This document shows positions 27,427-38,772 of a stretch of DNA of 64,000 bases, piece after piece. Within the stretch, counting starts at the first letter, position 1. Each line of letters opens with the position of its first letter. The notes below the pieces were generated by a model that did not search any database, was not told the DNA's origin, and saw nothing but the letters and a program-made list of their open reading frames with translations. A program made the translations under genes and the position numbers. Origin of the DNA: Clostridia bacterium (lineage in GTDB: Bacteria; Bacillota; Clostridia; TANB77; CAG-508); contig JBJFFC010000005.1 of the NCBI GenBank assembly GCA_051891395.1, positions 1,141 through 65,140 on the forward strand, written 5' to 3'.

Positions 27427-28608
27427 TTATACAAGCTTTTCTCCAAACTCGATTAATTCTTTTTCTACTTGTTCATCCGGTGTCCACATACATTTAATTC
27501 CATCATTAACCACTTCAAAGCCTGATGTTTTCAAATATTCTGTTATTTGTTTTACTGCTTCACCACTCCAGCCATAGCTTCCAAATGCTACCGCCTTTTT
27601 ATTCTTTAATTTCATTCCTTTCATCATTTCTAATATTCCTGCTATGGAATGCAAATATCCGTTATTTACCGTTGGTGAACCTACTAAAATCATTTTTGAT
27701 TTAAATACTTCTGTTAATACATCCGTTTTATCATCTTTTGCTGTATTCATTAATTTAATAGTCACTTCTTTATCCTTATTTTGAATTCCTTTTGCAATCG
27801 CTTCCGCCATTTTTCTTGTATCATTCCACATCGTATCATAAATAATTGTAATTTGATTTTCTTGATATTTATCTGCCCATTCTAAGTACTTTTCTATAAT
27901 TTGTGTTGGATTTTCTCTCCAAATTAACCCATGACTTGGGCAAATCATGTTAAGAGGCAAATTCATAGCTAATATTTCATTAATTTTTTTCGTTGCCATC
28001 ATCCCAAATGGTGCTAAAATATTTGCATAATATTTTAAAGCCTCTTTATATAGCTTATCCTGATCTACTTGGTCTGCATATAAATGTTCAGATGCCATAT
28101 GTTGTCCAAATCCATCACTGCTAAATAGCACATTTTCTTTATCTAAGTAAGCAAACATTGTATCCGGCCAATGAAGCATTGGTGCTTCTATAAAAGTTAA
28201 AGTTGTCTCTCCCAAATTTAAGGTATCACCTGTTTTTACTACTTGGAAGTTCCAGTCTTTATGATATTGTCCTTTAATTGATTTTACACCATTCGCAGTA
28301 CAATAAATTGGTGTTCCTTTTGGCATTTCTTTCATTAATTCTATCAATGCTCCACTATGGTCAACTTCTCCATGAAGTGCTATAACATAGTCTATAGTAG
28401 AAAGGTCAATTTCCTCTTTTAATTTGCTTACAAATTCCTTATCATAAGGAAGCCATGCCGTATCGATTAATGCTACTTTCTCATCCCTTATTAAATAACT
28501 ATTATAGCTTGACCCACTTACTGTAGTAAATTCATCTCCATGAAACTTTTTTAATTCCCAATCTGTTTTTCCTACCCATGTAATTTTATCTGTTATCTTT
28601 TTTGCCAT
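27427..28608 (-). CDS. Flavodiiron protein (FprA-type; metallo-beta-lactamase plus flavodoxin domains)
   Basis: 393 aa with di-iron ligand motif HGEVDHSG and a C-terminal flavodoxin-like GSPT.NNG and FGSYGWSGEA. Confidence 0.9.
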   Translation of the reverse strand: MAKKITDKITWVGKTDWELKKFHGDEFTTVSGSSYNSYLIRDEKVALIDTAWLPYDKEFVSKLKEEIDLSTIDYVIALHGEVDHSGALIELMKEMPKGTPIYCTANGVKSIKGQYHKDWNFQVVKTGDTLNLGETTLTFIEAPMLHWPDTMFAYLDKENVLFSSDGFGQHMASEHLYADQVDQDKLYKEALKYYANILAPFGMMATKKINEILAMNLPLNMICPSHGLIWRENPTQIIEKYLEWADKYQENQITIIYDTMWNDTRKMAEAIAKGIQNKDKEVTIKLMNTAKDDKTDVLTEVFKSKMILVGSPTVNNGYLHSIAGILEMMKGMKLKNKKAVAFGSYGWSGEAVKQITEYLKTSGFEVVNDGIKCMWTPDEQVEKELIEFGEKLV

Positions 28609-28697
28609 TTTTCCACACTCCTATTATTATTTTTTCTGTATTATATCATTTTCAAGATTGTATATCAATATATGTTACACTTCATTTTAATATAATC

Positions 28698-29261
28698 CTA
28701 CATATGAAATTTTCTAATTACCGCTTCTTTTATATCTTTTGTACATAACGCTAAACTTAATATTAAATTCAACACGGAAATCCCACTTGCTATAATACTT
28801 AAAGTTTTATTTTGTACTATATTCTCTGTAATAAATACAACAGGTAAGAAACTAAATAATACAATCATCAGCTGATAAATCGCATACTTTATAAATTTCC
28901 TATGACTTATTATTGTCAAAACCAACATAGTTACATTAGAAACCATAATTAATATTGGAATAACGATATTAATTGACCAATACTTAAATCCTAATTTATA
29001 ATCTATATATACCGTAAACGCCGAAATCGCTATTGTTTGCAATAAGACATGACCTGCTATATTTATATTCTTATGAATAGAATAAAACAAAACAATCCAC
29101 ACATAAAGAATTCCACTATTTGCTATTGCTGCCCATGGAATTTCTGGCGTAGTTACCTTGTTTATAACAATTAATAAAATAGCCACTACTACAGAGATTA
29201 ATAATCCTAATTTTAATATTAAATTACTCTTTTTACTATTTAATTTCTGTGGATATATCAT
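28698..29261 (-). CDS. Polytopic membrane protein, function unknown
   Basis: 187 aa with 5-6 predicted TM helices. Translationally coupled to (overlapping) the upstream acyltransferase-like gene. Confidence 0.55.
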   Translation of the reverse strand: MIYPQKLNSKKSNLILKLGLLISVVVAILLIVINKVTTPEIPWAAIANSGILYVWIVLFYSIHKNINIAGHVLLQTIAISAFTVYIDYKLGFKYWSINIVIPILIMVSNVTMLVLTIISHRKFIKYAIYQLMIVLFSFLPVVFITENIVQNKTLSIIASGISVLNLILSLALCTKDIKEAVIRKFHM

Positions 29262-30531
29262 CTAAAACACCATTACTTTCTATTTCAACCTTAATTCCAT
29301 TTTGTGTTAAAAATTGATAAAATCTTTTTTCAATTTTATTATCATTCAAAATTGAGGTAAAGGTAAATACCATTTTATTTTCAAAGGTACAGCTAGAACA
29401 CTTTATTTTTTCTACTGATTCTGGAGCTATTAGCATTAAAAAATAATCAATATAATTTTGATATTTTCCTATCATACCAATTCTTCCAATATTTGAAAAA
29501 GTTGTCGTTGTATATTTCCTAATTTCAATATAACTAAGTCTTACTAATAGCTTTTTTAATGCTAATGGAACTATTTTTATAAATGGATTATTTCCTATCT
29601 TTACATTAGCAGACATAGTTCTTATAATTTCTTCTTCTGTTAATCTCTTATTAAAATCAGACTTTACAAACTCTAATATTTTTTCAAAACTATCTAAATT
29701 GTCTTTTTTCATTTCAGCTTCTAGTGTTATATAAGAAAAAAAGTTAGACATCGTTTTCGATAAAAAATATTTTTTCAAGTTTACTGGTATACATACTTTT
29801 ATTGGTTTTTTCCCATTGCACTTCTTATAATTTTCTTCATAAATAGAATAAATTAGAACAGCTGTTAAATATTGTGTTATGGTAGCTTCATATTTCTTAC
29901 TTTCTTTTTTTAGAGCTTCGAAATCGATTATTGCATGTATGGCAGATACAGCTCCTAATCTAATTTTTTCCCCCTTTAGAATATATGCTTTTTTAGAAGA
30001 TGCATTTGACTTGGCTTTTTTATCATAATTTTTCATATAACTATCTTCTGTATTATATTCTATTTTTCTTAATTTTCTTTCTTCTTGAAAAACCTCTGGA
30101 TACATTAATTCTAAATAATTATATATAATTTCTTTAAAAAATGTAGTTCCACTATTTCCATCTGTCAAAGAATGAAAAATATCGATATTTACTTTATTTT
30201 CGAAATAGGTGACTTTAAATAAATAATTATTGTTTGTTTTTGGATTAATGTATTGACACGGATATTCTCTTTCTTCTTCTATAATAGGCATCTTTGGATT
30301 ATCTTCTAGATAATACCAAAAAAAACCTGTTTTCATCCTAACTTTAAAAGATTTATATTGTTCTAATGCAATATTAACTGCTTTTTCTAAAACAATAGGA
30401 TTTACTTTTTCTTTTAATAGTACAGATAATCGAAAAACTGTACTATATTTTTTCCCTGCTGATATAGGAAATATCTTTGCAGAATTATCCAGTCTTCTCC
30501 AATATAATTTTTCATTTCTTTTATTTTTCAT
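29236..30531 (-). CDS. Condensation-domain / alcohol-acetyltransferase-like acyltransferase
   Basis: 431 aa with the HSLTDGNSG (HxxxDG) active-site motif at about residue 110, as in the WS/DGAT, PapA5 and NRPS C-domain superfamily. Confidence 0.6.
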   Translation of the reverse strand: MKNKRNEKLYWRRLDNSAKIFPISAGKKYSTVFRLSVLLKEKVNPIVLEKAVNIALEQYKSFKVRMKTGFFWYYLEDNPKMPIIEEEREYPCQYINPKTNNNYLFKVTYFENKVNIDIFHSLTDGNSGTTFFKEIIYNYLELMYPEVFQEERKLRKIEYNTEDSYMKNYDKKAKSNASSKKAYILKGEKIRLGAVSAIHAIIDFEALKKESKKYEATITQYLTAVLIYSIYEENYKKCNGKKPIKVCIPVNLKKYFLSKTMSNFFSYITLEAEMKKDNLDSFEKILEFVKSDFNKRLTEEEIIRTMSANVKIGNNPFIKIVPLALKKLLVRLSYIEIRKYTTTTFSNIGRIGMIGKYQNYIDYFLMLIAPESVEKIKCSSCTFENKMVFTFTSILNDNKIEKRFYQFLTQNGIKVEIESNGVLDDISTEIK

Positions 30532-30544
30532 TAAAATTCCTTTC

Positions 30545-30725
30545 TTTTGGCAAAGTGTAATTGGACCATAAGATGTAATATATTATTTTTGCAACACAGC
30601 GTAAGCGATCAAACGAGCTTTAGCGAGTGCGATTGGAGCAACCTACCATCAATTTTATTTGGCTGGTTGCGACACACAATGTGTAAAAAAATAATATATT
30701 ACACCTAAAATGTACTTTGGAACAA
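30545..30725. repeat. Palindromic element, second copy of the 17261-17500 core (opposite orientation)
   Basis: Core gcaacacagcgtaagcgatcaaacgagctttagcgagtgcgattggagcaacctac...ggttgcgacacacaatgtgta (30591-30685), flanked by gtaatatattattttt/aaaaaaataatatattac arms. Confidence 0.8.
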
Positions 30726-30740
30726 GGTTAATTACCTCTT

Positions 30741-31625
30741 CTAATCAATAATTAATTTTAGAATTTCTTCATATCCTTGTTGCACTAATTCTTGGGTACT
30801 ATTTTTTTCTATCATCCATATATGTCCTGCATTTTCATATTCTTTTATATTTATTGTTACACCTTGTTCTTTCGCTTTTTCTTGTATTAGATGAATATCT
30901 GGATTTAAGATATCATTTGTTCCAGTAAATATCGTTATGTTTTTTAGCTTTGATAGGTCTCCATCAATTGGATTTACTAAATAGCTATTTATACCATCTT
31001 CTCCAGCATAGGCAATTCCCGCTAGCTGTAGCTTTGTTTTGCTTAATTCCTTATCTCTCTTTTGCACTTCTTCAATTTCTGGATTATTTAATCTTACATC
31101 CAACCAAGGAGAAATTAGAATTGTTTTTTCTGGCATAGAAACTCCTTCTTGTGAAAGCTTTTCTTCTAATGCTAATGCTAGTCCACCTCCTGCTGAATCT
31201 CCCATTACAATAAGATCTTTTGAATCTACTTTTTCTACTACATCTTTATAAAGAGGTTCCATCATTTCAAATACTTCTTTATAAGTATATTTAGGCGCCA
31301 ATGGATAGTCTGGTACAATAATAGTCGCATTGGTATCTACTGCTATCTTCCTTATAAACTCCCAGTGTTCCTTTGTTACCTCAGCCATATAAGATCCTCC
31401 ATGTATATAAATAATGGTATATTCGGTTTCATTTTGCTCTTTTGGTTTTACTACAAAAACTTTCCTTCCCGTGTATTCCTGAATTGAAACCTCACAAACA
31501 CTTTCAATCTCTTTTGGTTCTTCTGTTTTGATATCAACTGTTTTATAATAAATGACTACTATTACCATCATCAAAGCAATAATTAATAATAAGGCAACTA
31601 TACTTTTTACAATTTTATTTTTCAT
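30741..31625 (-). CDS. Alpha/beta hydrolase (esterase/lipase family with HGG and GDSAGG motifs), N-terminally membrane-anchored
   Basis: The likely start is MKNKIVKSIV, at ATG 31623-31625 with RBS aaggaag. Motifs are IHGGSY, nucleophile elbow GDSAGG and C-terminal GHIW. The track ORF extension to 31769 lacks support. Confidence 0.85.
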   Translation of the reverse strand: MKNKIVKSIVALLLIIALMMVIVVIYYKTVDIKTEEPKEIESVCEVSIQEYTGRKVFVVKPKEQNETEYTIIYIHGGSYMAEVTKEHWEFIRKIAVDTNATIIVPDYPLAPKYTYKEVFEMMEPLYKDVVEKVDSKDLIVMGDSAGGGLALALEEKLSQEGVSMPEKTILISPWLDVRLNNPEIEEVQKRDKELSKTKLQLAGIAYAGEDGINSYLVNPIDGDLSKLKNITIFTGTNDILNPDIHLIQEKAKEQGVTINIKEYENAGHIWMIEKNSTQELVQQGYEEILKLIID

Positions 31626-31679
31626 TTTTCGCTCTTCCTTTGTTAGCATTTTATCATACTGTAATAGAAATCTCAAGTT

Positions 31680-32405
31680 TTGAATTATAAAGAATGGCGA
31701 AAATTTGAAAACGTAATAAGTAAAGCAAAAGAATCTTGCAAAAACAGTGATATTAGTGTATTTGAACATTTTGTCGACGTCGCCAAAACGATAAAAATGC
31801 CTAAAGGAGCAACCAAAAACATTAAAGACTATAAACTAACTCGTTATGCTTGTTATTTAATAGCACAAAATGGAGATACTCGAAAAAAAGTCATTAGTCT
31901 TGCACAAACATATTTTGCAATTCAAACTAGAAAGCAAGAAATTAGTGAAAAGGAATATAGTTCGTTAACAGAAGATGAAAAGAGATTTTATCAAAGGGAT
32001 TTAACAAAAAAAGGAAATTACTCACTTAATCAAACAGCTAAAAATGCAGGAGTTAAAAATTTTGACAAATTTCATAATTTTGGATATAAAGGATTATATA
32101 ATGGAGAAACTGCTGATGATATTGCTAAAAGAAAAGAGTTAAGATATAGAGAAGATATTTTAGACAATATGGGAAGTGATGAACTTATTGCAAATTTATT
32201 TAGAATTTCTCAAACAGAACAAAAATTAAAAAGAGATAATATACAAACAGAAAAAGAAGCTAATAAAGCTCATTATGAAGTTGGCTCCAAAATAAGAAAG
32301 ACAATAAAAGAACTCGGAGGAACTATGCCTGAAGATTTACCAACAACTAAGAAGAGTTTAAAACAATTAGAAAAGGAAAACAAGAAAAACTTAAAAAAAC
32401 GTTGA
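31680..32405 (+). pseudogene. dinD: DNA-damage-inducible protein D (DinD) homologue lacking its 5' end
   Basis: Collinear with E. coli DinD (recalled) from about residue 30 onward: YACYLIAQNGD, QTYFAIQTR, HNFGYKGLYNG, MGSDELIANLFRISQTE and ELGGTMPE. An in-frame TAG lies 4 codons upstream of the TTG, and there is no ATG or RBS. Confidence 0.65.
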
Positions 32406-32562
32406 GATTTAAAATAAGTTAATTCATATTAAGAAAACAATATTGTGATATATATTATTTTTCTAGTTGATATATCATTAAATTCACTTATTTTAGAATT
32501 TCAAAAAACACCCTGATTTATTTCTAAATTCAGAGTGTAATTTATTTATCTCATATCCTAAT

Positions 32563-33732
32563 TTATCCAAACAATCCACGCTTTTTAACTGGTGGTTGTT
32601 CATTCATTGTTTTAGCAAGCTGAACTAATAATTCTCGTTGTTCTTTTGTTAATTTCTTAGGTGTTTGAACTATAACTGTAAATATAAAATCTCCTGAACT
32701 ACTAGAATTAATAGCTTTAAATCCTTTATTCCTAATTGTAAATTTAGTTCCCGTTTGTGTTCCATCTGGTATCTTATATTTTTCTTTGCTTCCATCTACC
32801 ATTGGAATTTCTAATTCTGCTCCAAGAGTTGCTTGCGTAATCGTAATTGGTATTTCACATAGCACATTATTTCCTTTTCTCGTATAAATGCTATGTTTTT
32901 TTATTTTTACAGTAATATATAGATCTCCTTTTTGGCCGCCTCTTTCTCCTGGCTCCCCTTCACCTCTTAATACTACCGTTTGATTATCATCTATACCTGC
33001 TGGTATCTTTACTTTAATTTTAGGTTGTTTACGAATTTTTCCCTTACCATGGCATGCTTCACATGGGTCATTTATGATTTCACCTGTTCCATGACAGCTG
33101 CTGCAAGTTCTACTTGTTTGCATTTGACCAAGAATAGTATTTTGTACTTGTGTTACTTGACCAGTTCCATGACAAGTAGGGCATTTTATTGGAGAAGTTC
33201 CTGGTTTTGCTCCAGTTCCATGGCAAGAATGACATTCTTCGTCCCTCGTTATTACAATTTCCTTTTCTACTCCTGAAAAGGCTTGCTCAAATGTAATTTC
33301 CATACGTACATTTAAGTCTGCTCCCTTACGTGGTCCTCTTTGTTTAGCTGAAGAACTTCTTCCACTAAAACCTCCTCCAAAAATAGAAGAGAAAATATCG
33401 CCTAAGTCTCCAAAATCTCCAAAACCATCAAAACCAGAACCATTATAAGAATAATAGCCCCCTTGACCTCCAAATGGTCCTCCTGCTCCTCCGCCAAATC
33501 CTTGTGGATCAGCCGTTCCGAATTGGTCATACATTCTTCTTTTTTGTGAATCAGACAAGGTTTCATAGGCTTCATTAACTTCTTTAAATTTAGCCTCTGC
33601 TTCTGCTTTATTATCAGGATTAGCATCAGGATGATATTTCTTTGCCAATTTACGATATGCTTTTTTTAGCTCATCATCGGTTGCATTTTTGTTTACACCT
33701 AATACTTCATAATAATCTCTTTTATTAGCCAT
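32563..33732 (-). CDS. dnaJ: Chaperone DnaJ
   Basis: J domain (DYYEVLGV...HPD), G/F region and four CxxCxGxG zinc-finger repeats. The start at MANKRDYYE is preceded by GGAGG. Confidence 0.97.
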   Translation of the reverse strand: MANKRDYYEVLGVNKNATDDELKKAYRKLAKKYHPDANPDNKAEAEAKFKEVNEAYETLSDSQKRRMYDQFGTADPQGFGGGAGGPFGGQGGYYSYNGSGFDGFGDFGDLGDIFSSIFGGGFSGRSSSAKQRGPRKGADLNVRMEITFEQAFSGVEKEIVITRDEECHSCHGTGAKPGTSPIKCPTCHGTGQVTQVQNTILGQMQTSRTCSSCHGTGEIINDPCEACHGKGKIRKQPKIKVKIPAGIDDNQTVVLRGEGEPGERGGQKGDLYITVKIKKHSIYTRKGNNVLCEIPITITQATLGAELEIPMVDGSKEKYKIPDGTQTGTKFTIRNKGFKAINSSSSGDFIFTVIVQTPKKLTKEQRELLVQLAKTMNEQPPVKKRGLFG

Positions 33733-33760
33733 TGTTTCCTCCATATATTTTTATCTTTGT

Positions 33761-33881
33761 AAATCGAATCAAAAACAAGTATTACAAGGCAAGCGAGAAA
33801 AAAATCTTAAGATAATACGCTTGTATATCGAAAGATTTTTTTCGTAGCTTAACGAAGTAAGACGACGTTTTCATTCGATTT
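33761..33881. repeat. Imperfect palindromic element between dnaK and dnaJ
   Basis: aaatcgaatcaaaaac (33761-33776) and gttttcattcgattt (33867-33881), with inner cgagaaaaaaatctt/aaagatttttttcg arms. Confidence 0.5.
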
Positions 33882-33951
33882 TATTTGTCATCTTCTACTT
33901 TTCTTGAAACTGTTAAGCTTTAGCTGTTACAGTTTTATGATGAAGTGGAGA

Positions 33952-35823
<1,872 letters not shown>

Positions 35824-35900
35824 CTAAAAAATTTATTTTATAATTTTAAAATTAATAACTATTTTTTTGAAATTTTGCATATTACTACTTTCTATGTCTT

Positions 35901-36410
35901 TTAGTTGGCTACAACCACCATTGAATGTCTAATCACTCTATTTCCTATCTTGTAACCTTTTCTATACTCTTGTGCAATTTCTTTTTCTCCTAAATTTTCA
36001 TCTTGAATACTTGATACCGCTTCATGCAATTCAGGATCAAATGTATTTCCTACTGCTTCTATTTCTTCTATCCCTTTTGATTTCAAAACATCTTTTAATT
36101 GTTTTAATACAAGTTCTACTCCTTGTTTGTAATTTTCATCTTGTGTTTCTGCTTTTACTGCATTTTCCAAGTTATCTACTACTGGGAGTATTACTTCTAT
36201 TACATCAGATAGAATTGAGTTATATAACCCTTCTCTTTCTTTGCTACTTCTTTTTTTATAGTTCTCAAATTCTGCTAAGATTCTTTTAAATCTATCCTCT
36301 AGTTCATCATAATCTTGCTTCGGAACCATATCTTTATGTTTTTTTTCGTTTTTATCTTGTTTTTCATTTTCTACTACTTCTTCCTTAACTTCTTTTTCCT
36401 TATCTTCCAT
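35901..36410 (-). CDS. grpE: Nucleotide exchange factor GrpE
   Basis: 169 aa with an acidic N-terminus, FENYKKR, and the C-terminal V.V pattern. Confidence 0.95.
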   Translation of the reverse strand: MEDKEKEVKEEVVENEKQDKNEKKHKDMVPKQDYDELEDRFKRILAEFENYKKRSSKEREGLYNSILSDVIEVILPVVDNLENAVKAETQDENYKQGVELVLKQLKDVLKSKGIEEIEAVGNTFDPELHEAVSSIQDENLGEKEIAQEYRKGYKIGNRVIRHSMVVVAN

Positions 36411-36428
36411 TTTTAACCTTCTTTCTTT

Positions 36429-37445
36429 TTATTTTTTCCCATTTAACTTTTGATTAATATACTTCATAACAGAAATAACTTTTGAATAATCCATTCTTTT
36501 TGGACCTATAATTCCTATTGTTCCTAAATCTTTTCCATTTACTTTGTGTTTAAAAGTTACAACGCTAAAATCTTTTAATTGTTCTTTTTCGCTTTCTTCT
36601 CCTATATATACTTTGATGTCTTCTGCAAATCCGGAATTTAGCATATCTGCTACTAAGTCTTTTGTATCCAAAATATTAACAAAGTTTTTAGCCACCTCTA
36701 AGCTATTAAACTCTGGTAAATCAAAAGATTTATTAGTTCCTTCTAAATAAATTCTCTCGTCTTCTTGTAAAACCTTTTTTAATTGTTCTATGATTGGTTT
36801 AATAACATTTACACTATATGTCATTTCATCATATAGATATTCTTCCAATGGTCTATTTATGGTTTCTATTGGCTGACCTTTTAGTTTATTATTGAACATA
36901 TAATTTATTGTTTCAACTTGCTTTTCATTGATATCTTCATCAAATTTTATGATAGTTTCTTTCACTAGTCCTGTATCTGTCAGTATTACTGCCATCATCA
37001 TTCTCGACCCTAGCAAAACAAATTTGATTTCTTCAATTAATTGACTTGTTGCTTTTGGTCCTATTGACACGGTTGTGTAATGTGTTACTTCTGATATTGT
37101 ATTTGCTGTTATTTTTGTTAGGTCTTCTATTTCGTTTACTTTAGTTTCAAGCTTTGAACTTATGTATTTTATTTCTTCTAAACTAATATCTTTATCATTT
37201 AGTAACTCATCCACATAATAACGATATCCTTTTTCTGATGGAACTCTTCCACTTGATGTATGTGTTTTATCTAAAAAGCCTTTTTTTTCCAAATCTGCCA
37301 TTTCATTTCGAATGGTAGCACTACTAAAATCTAATCCATGATTTGAAGTTAGCGCATTTGAACTGACCGGCTCTGCTGTATTAATATATTCTTCTACAAT
37401 AGCTTGTAAAACCTTTTTCTTTCTATCATCTAACAATTTTTTCAC
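36429..37445 (-). CDS. hrcA: Heat-inducible transcription repressor HrcA
   Basis: 338 aa with N-terminal winged helix (...EPVSS..L...........SSATIRNEMADLE), first gene of the hrcA-grpE-dnaK-dnaJ operon. Confidence 0.95.
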   Translation of the reverse strand: MKKLLDDRKKKVLQAIVEEYINTAEPVSSNALTSNHGLDFSSATIRNEMADLEKKGFLDKTHTSSGRVPSEKGYRYYVDELLNDKDISLEEIKYISSKLETKVNEIEDLTKITANTISEVTHYTTVSIGPKATSQLIEEIKFVLLGSRMMMAVILTDTGLVKETIIKFDEDINEKQVETINYMFNNKLKGQPIETINRPLEEYLYDEMTYSVNVIKPIIEQLKKVLQEDERIYLEGTNKSFDLPEFNSLEVAKNFVNILDTKDLVADMLNSGFAEDIKVYIGEESEKEQLKDFSVVTFKHKVNGKDLGTIGIIGPKRMDYSKVISVMKYINQKLNGKK

Positions 37446-37472
37446 CTCTTTTACTAGAATTGTTAGTTCGTT

Positions 37473-37499
37473 TTAGCACTCTTCATTATCGTTTGCTAA
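37473..37499 (-). promoter_or_regulatory. CIRCE operator (HrcA binding site), promoter-proximal copy
   Basis: ttagcactc-N9-gtttgctaa, compared with the consensus TTAGCACTC-N9-GAGTGCTAA. It lies 28 nt upstream of the hrcA start. Confidence 0.7.
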
Positions 37500-37522
37500 C
37501 CTTCTATATATTATACCCGTTT

Positions 37523-37549
37523 TTAGCACTTGTCAATACTTTCTGCTAA
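37523..37549 (-). promoter_or_regulatory. CIRCE-like operator, distal copy overlapping a TTGACA -35-like hexamer
   Basis: ttagcactt-N9-ttctgctaa. The minus strand reads ...agtaTTGACAagtgctaaaaacgggTATAATat. Confidence 0.6.
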
Positions 37550-37579
37550 TTTTTTTGTGAATTTTGTGTGAAAAATAAG

Positions 37580-37700
37580 ACAAGAGGGACAGTGCTTGAA
37601 TGTCTCATATATCTTGTCGTATTATGTCATAAAATCAAATATACAAAATGTGGCATAATACGACAAGATATATGAGACATTCAAGCACTGTCCCTCTTGT
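37580..37700. repeat. Perfect 47-bp inverted repeat with a 27-bp loop, immediately after the dps stop
   Basis: acaagagggacagtgcttgaatgtctcatatatcttgtcgtattatg (37580-37626) and its exact reverse complement (37654-37700). The arm start GGGACAGTGCTTGAATGTCTCAT resembles the arms of 11854-11984. Confidence 0.9.
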
Positions 37701-37704
37701 TTCA

Positions 37705-38145
37705 TTAATTTTCTTTACTTTGATTTAGCATCCATAAATTTTTCATGTATTCTGCAATATACTCATCCATTAAGCTAGATGTTGCATATAAATTTTGCTC
37801 ATCTGCTTTCTTTTTTATATCTGTTACTTTTGTTAGTAACGTTTCTAAATCCTTTATAACATTTTCAAAGACATCACAAGGTTTTATCTTTTCATTCTTT
37901 GCTTCCGTTATGCAAGTATTATTTAAATAATCTTGCATCGTTCCTAAAGGTTGTCTTCCTAACATTAAAATGTGTTCTGCTACTTCGTCAATCTGTTCAT
38001 TTACTTCATCATAGTATTCTTCTAATTTGCTATGCAAAGTAAAAAAATGCTTTCCATATACATTCCAATGATAGTTTTGTAGTTTCCTATAAAATACATT
38101 TAAATCGGATAAAAAAGTATTTAAATCTTTTACTATATCTTCCAT
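37705..38145 (-). CDS. dps: Dps family DNA-protection/ferritin-like protein
   Basis: 146 aa four-helix-bundle pattern, with NYHWNV.G..F..LH...EE.Y and D...E. Confidence 0.85.
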   Translation of the reverse strand: MEDIVKDLNTFLSDLNVFYRKLQNYHWNVYGKHFFTLHSKLEEYYDEVNEQIDEVAEHILMLGRQPLGTMQDYLNNTCITEAKNEKIKPCDVFENVIKDLETLLTKVTDIKKKADEQNLYATSSLMDEYIAEYMKNLWMLNQSKEN

Positions 38146-38217
38146 AAAAATTGCACCTTTCCTTTCTTTAAATAAATTTTACCCTATTTAAAGATTGATT
38201 ATACAATTTTTATATTT

Positions 38218-38772
38218 TTATTCTTCATTCACATCAATTAAGGAAAACACTTCCTTATTATTATTTAATTCAACAATATTCATAACAGCACCTTGTCCTA
38301 CAACTTCTCCGCCTAATTTTTCAATACTTTCTTTAATTGCTTTCATGGTATTTCCTGTCGCATAAATATCATCTATGATATAAAACTTTTTATTTTCATA
38401 GTCTTGATTTACCAATTTAGGTAGCTCTAAAATATCTTTTCCATATTCTTTTTCATATTCGAATTGCTTTTCTACTGTTGTTGGTGGTAACTTTCCTTTC
38501 TTTCTTACCGGTATACATCCAACATTCAATTCATTGGCTACTGCTGTTCCAAATAAAAATCCTCTCGCTTCTGGTGCTACAATATAATCGATTTCTTTTT
38601 CTTTTAGATGTTTTACAAACATTTCTGTTATTTCCCTTAATGTTTCCTTTTGTAATATTAATGGTGTTATATCAATAAATTCAATACCTTCCATTGGATA
38701 GTTTTTCTCAGTTCTGATATTTAGTTCATTTTTTAATACATTTCTTATTATTTTCATATTACTCACCTTCAT
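38218..38772 (-). CDS. apt: Adenine phosphoribosyltransferase
   Basis: EGIEFIDITPLI and the PRPP-binding motif YIIDDIYATGNT. The start is uncertain (38772 or 38757). Confidence 0.85.
   Translation of the reverse strand: MKVSNMKIIRNVLKNELNIRTEKNYPMEGIEFIDITPLILQKETLREITEMFVKHLKEKEIDYIVAPEARGFLFGTAVANELNVGCIPVRKKGKLPPTTVEKQFEYEKEYGKDILELPKLVNQDYENKKFYIIDDIYATGNTMKAIKESIEKLGGEVVGQGAVMNIVELNNNKEVFSLIDVNEE

Noticed and set aside
31626-31769. The N-terminal extension of the esterase ORF (track ORF 30741-31769)
   Set aside because: The extension (MFKYTNITVFARFF...) has no RBS and overlaps the dinD remnant. An internal ATG at 31625 has a good RBS and gives a typical signal-anchor N-terminus.
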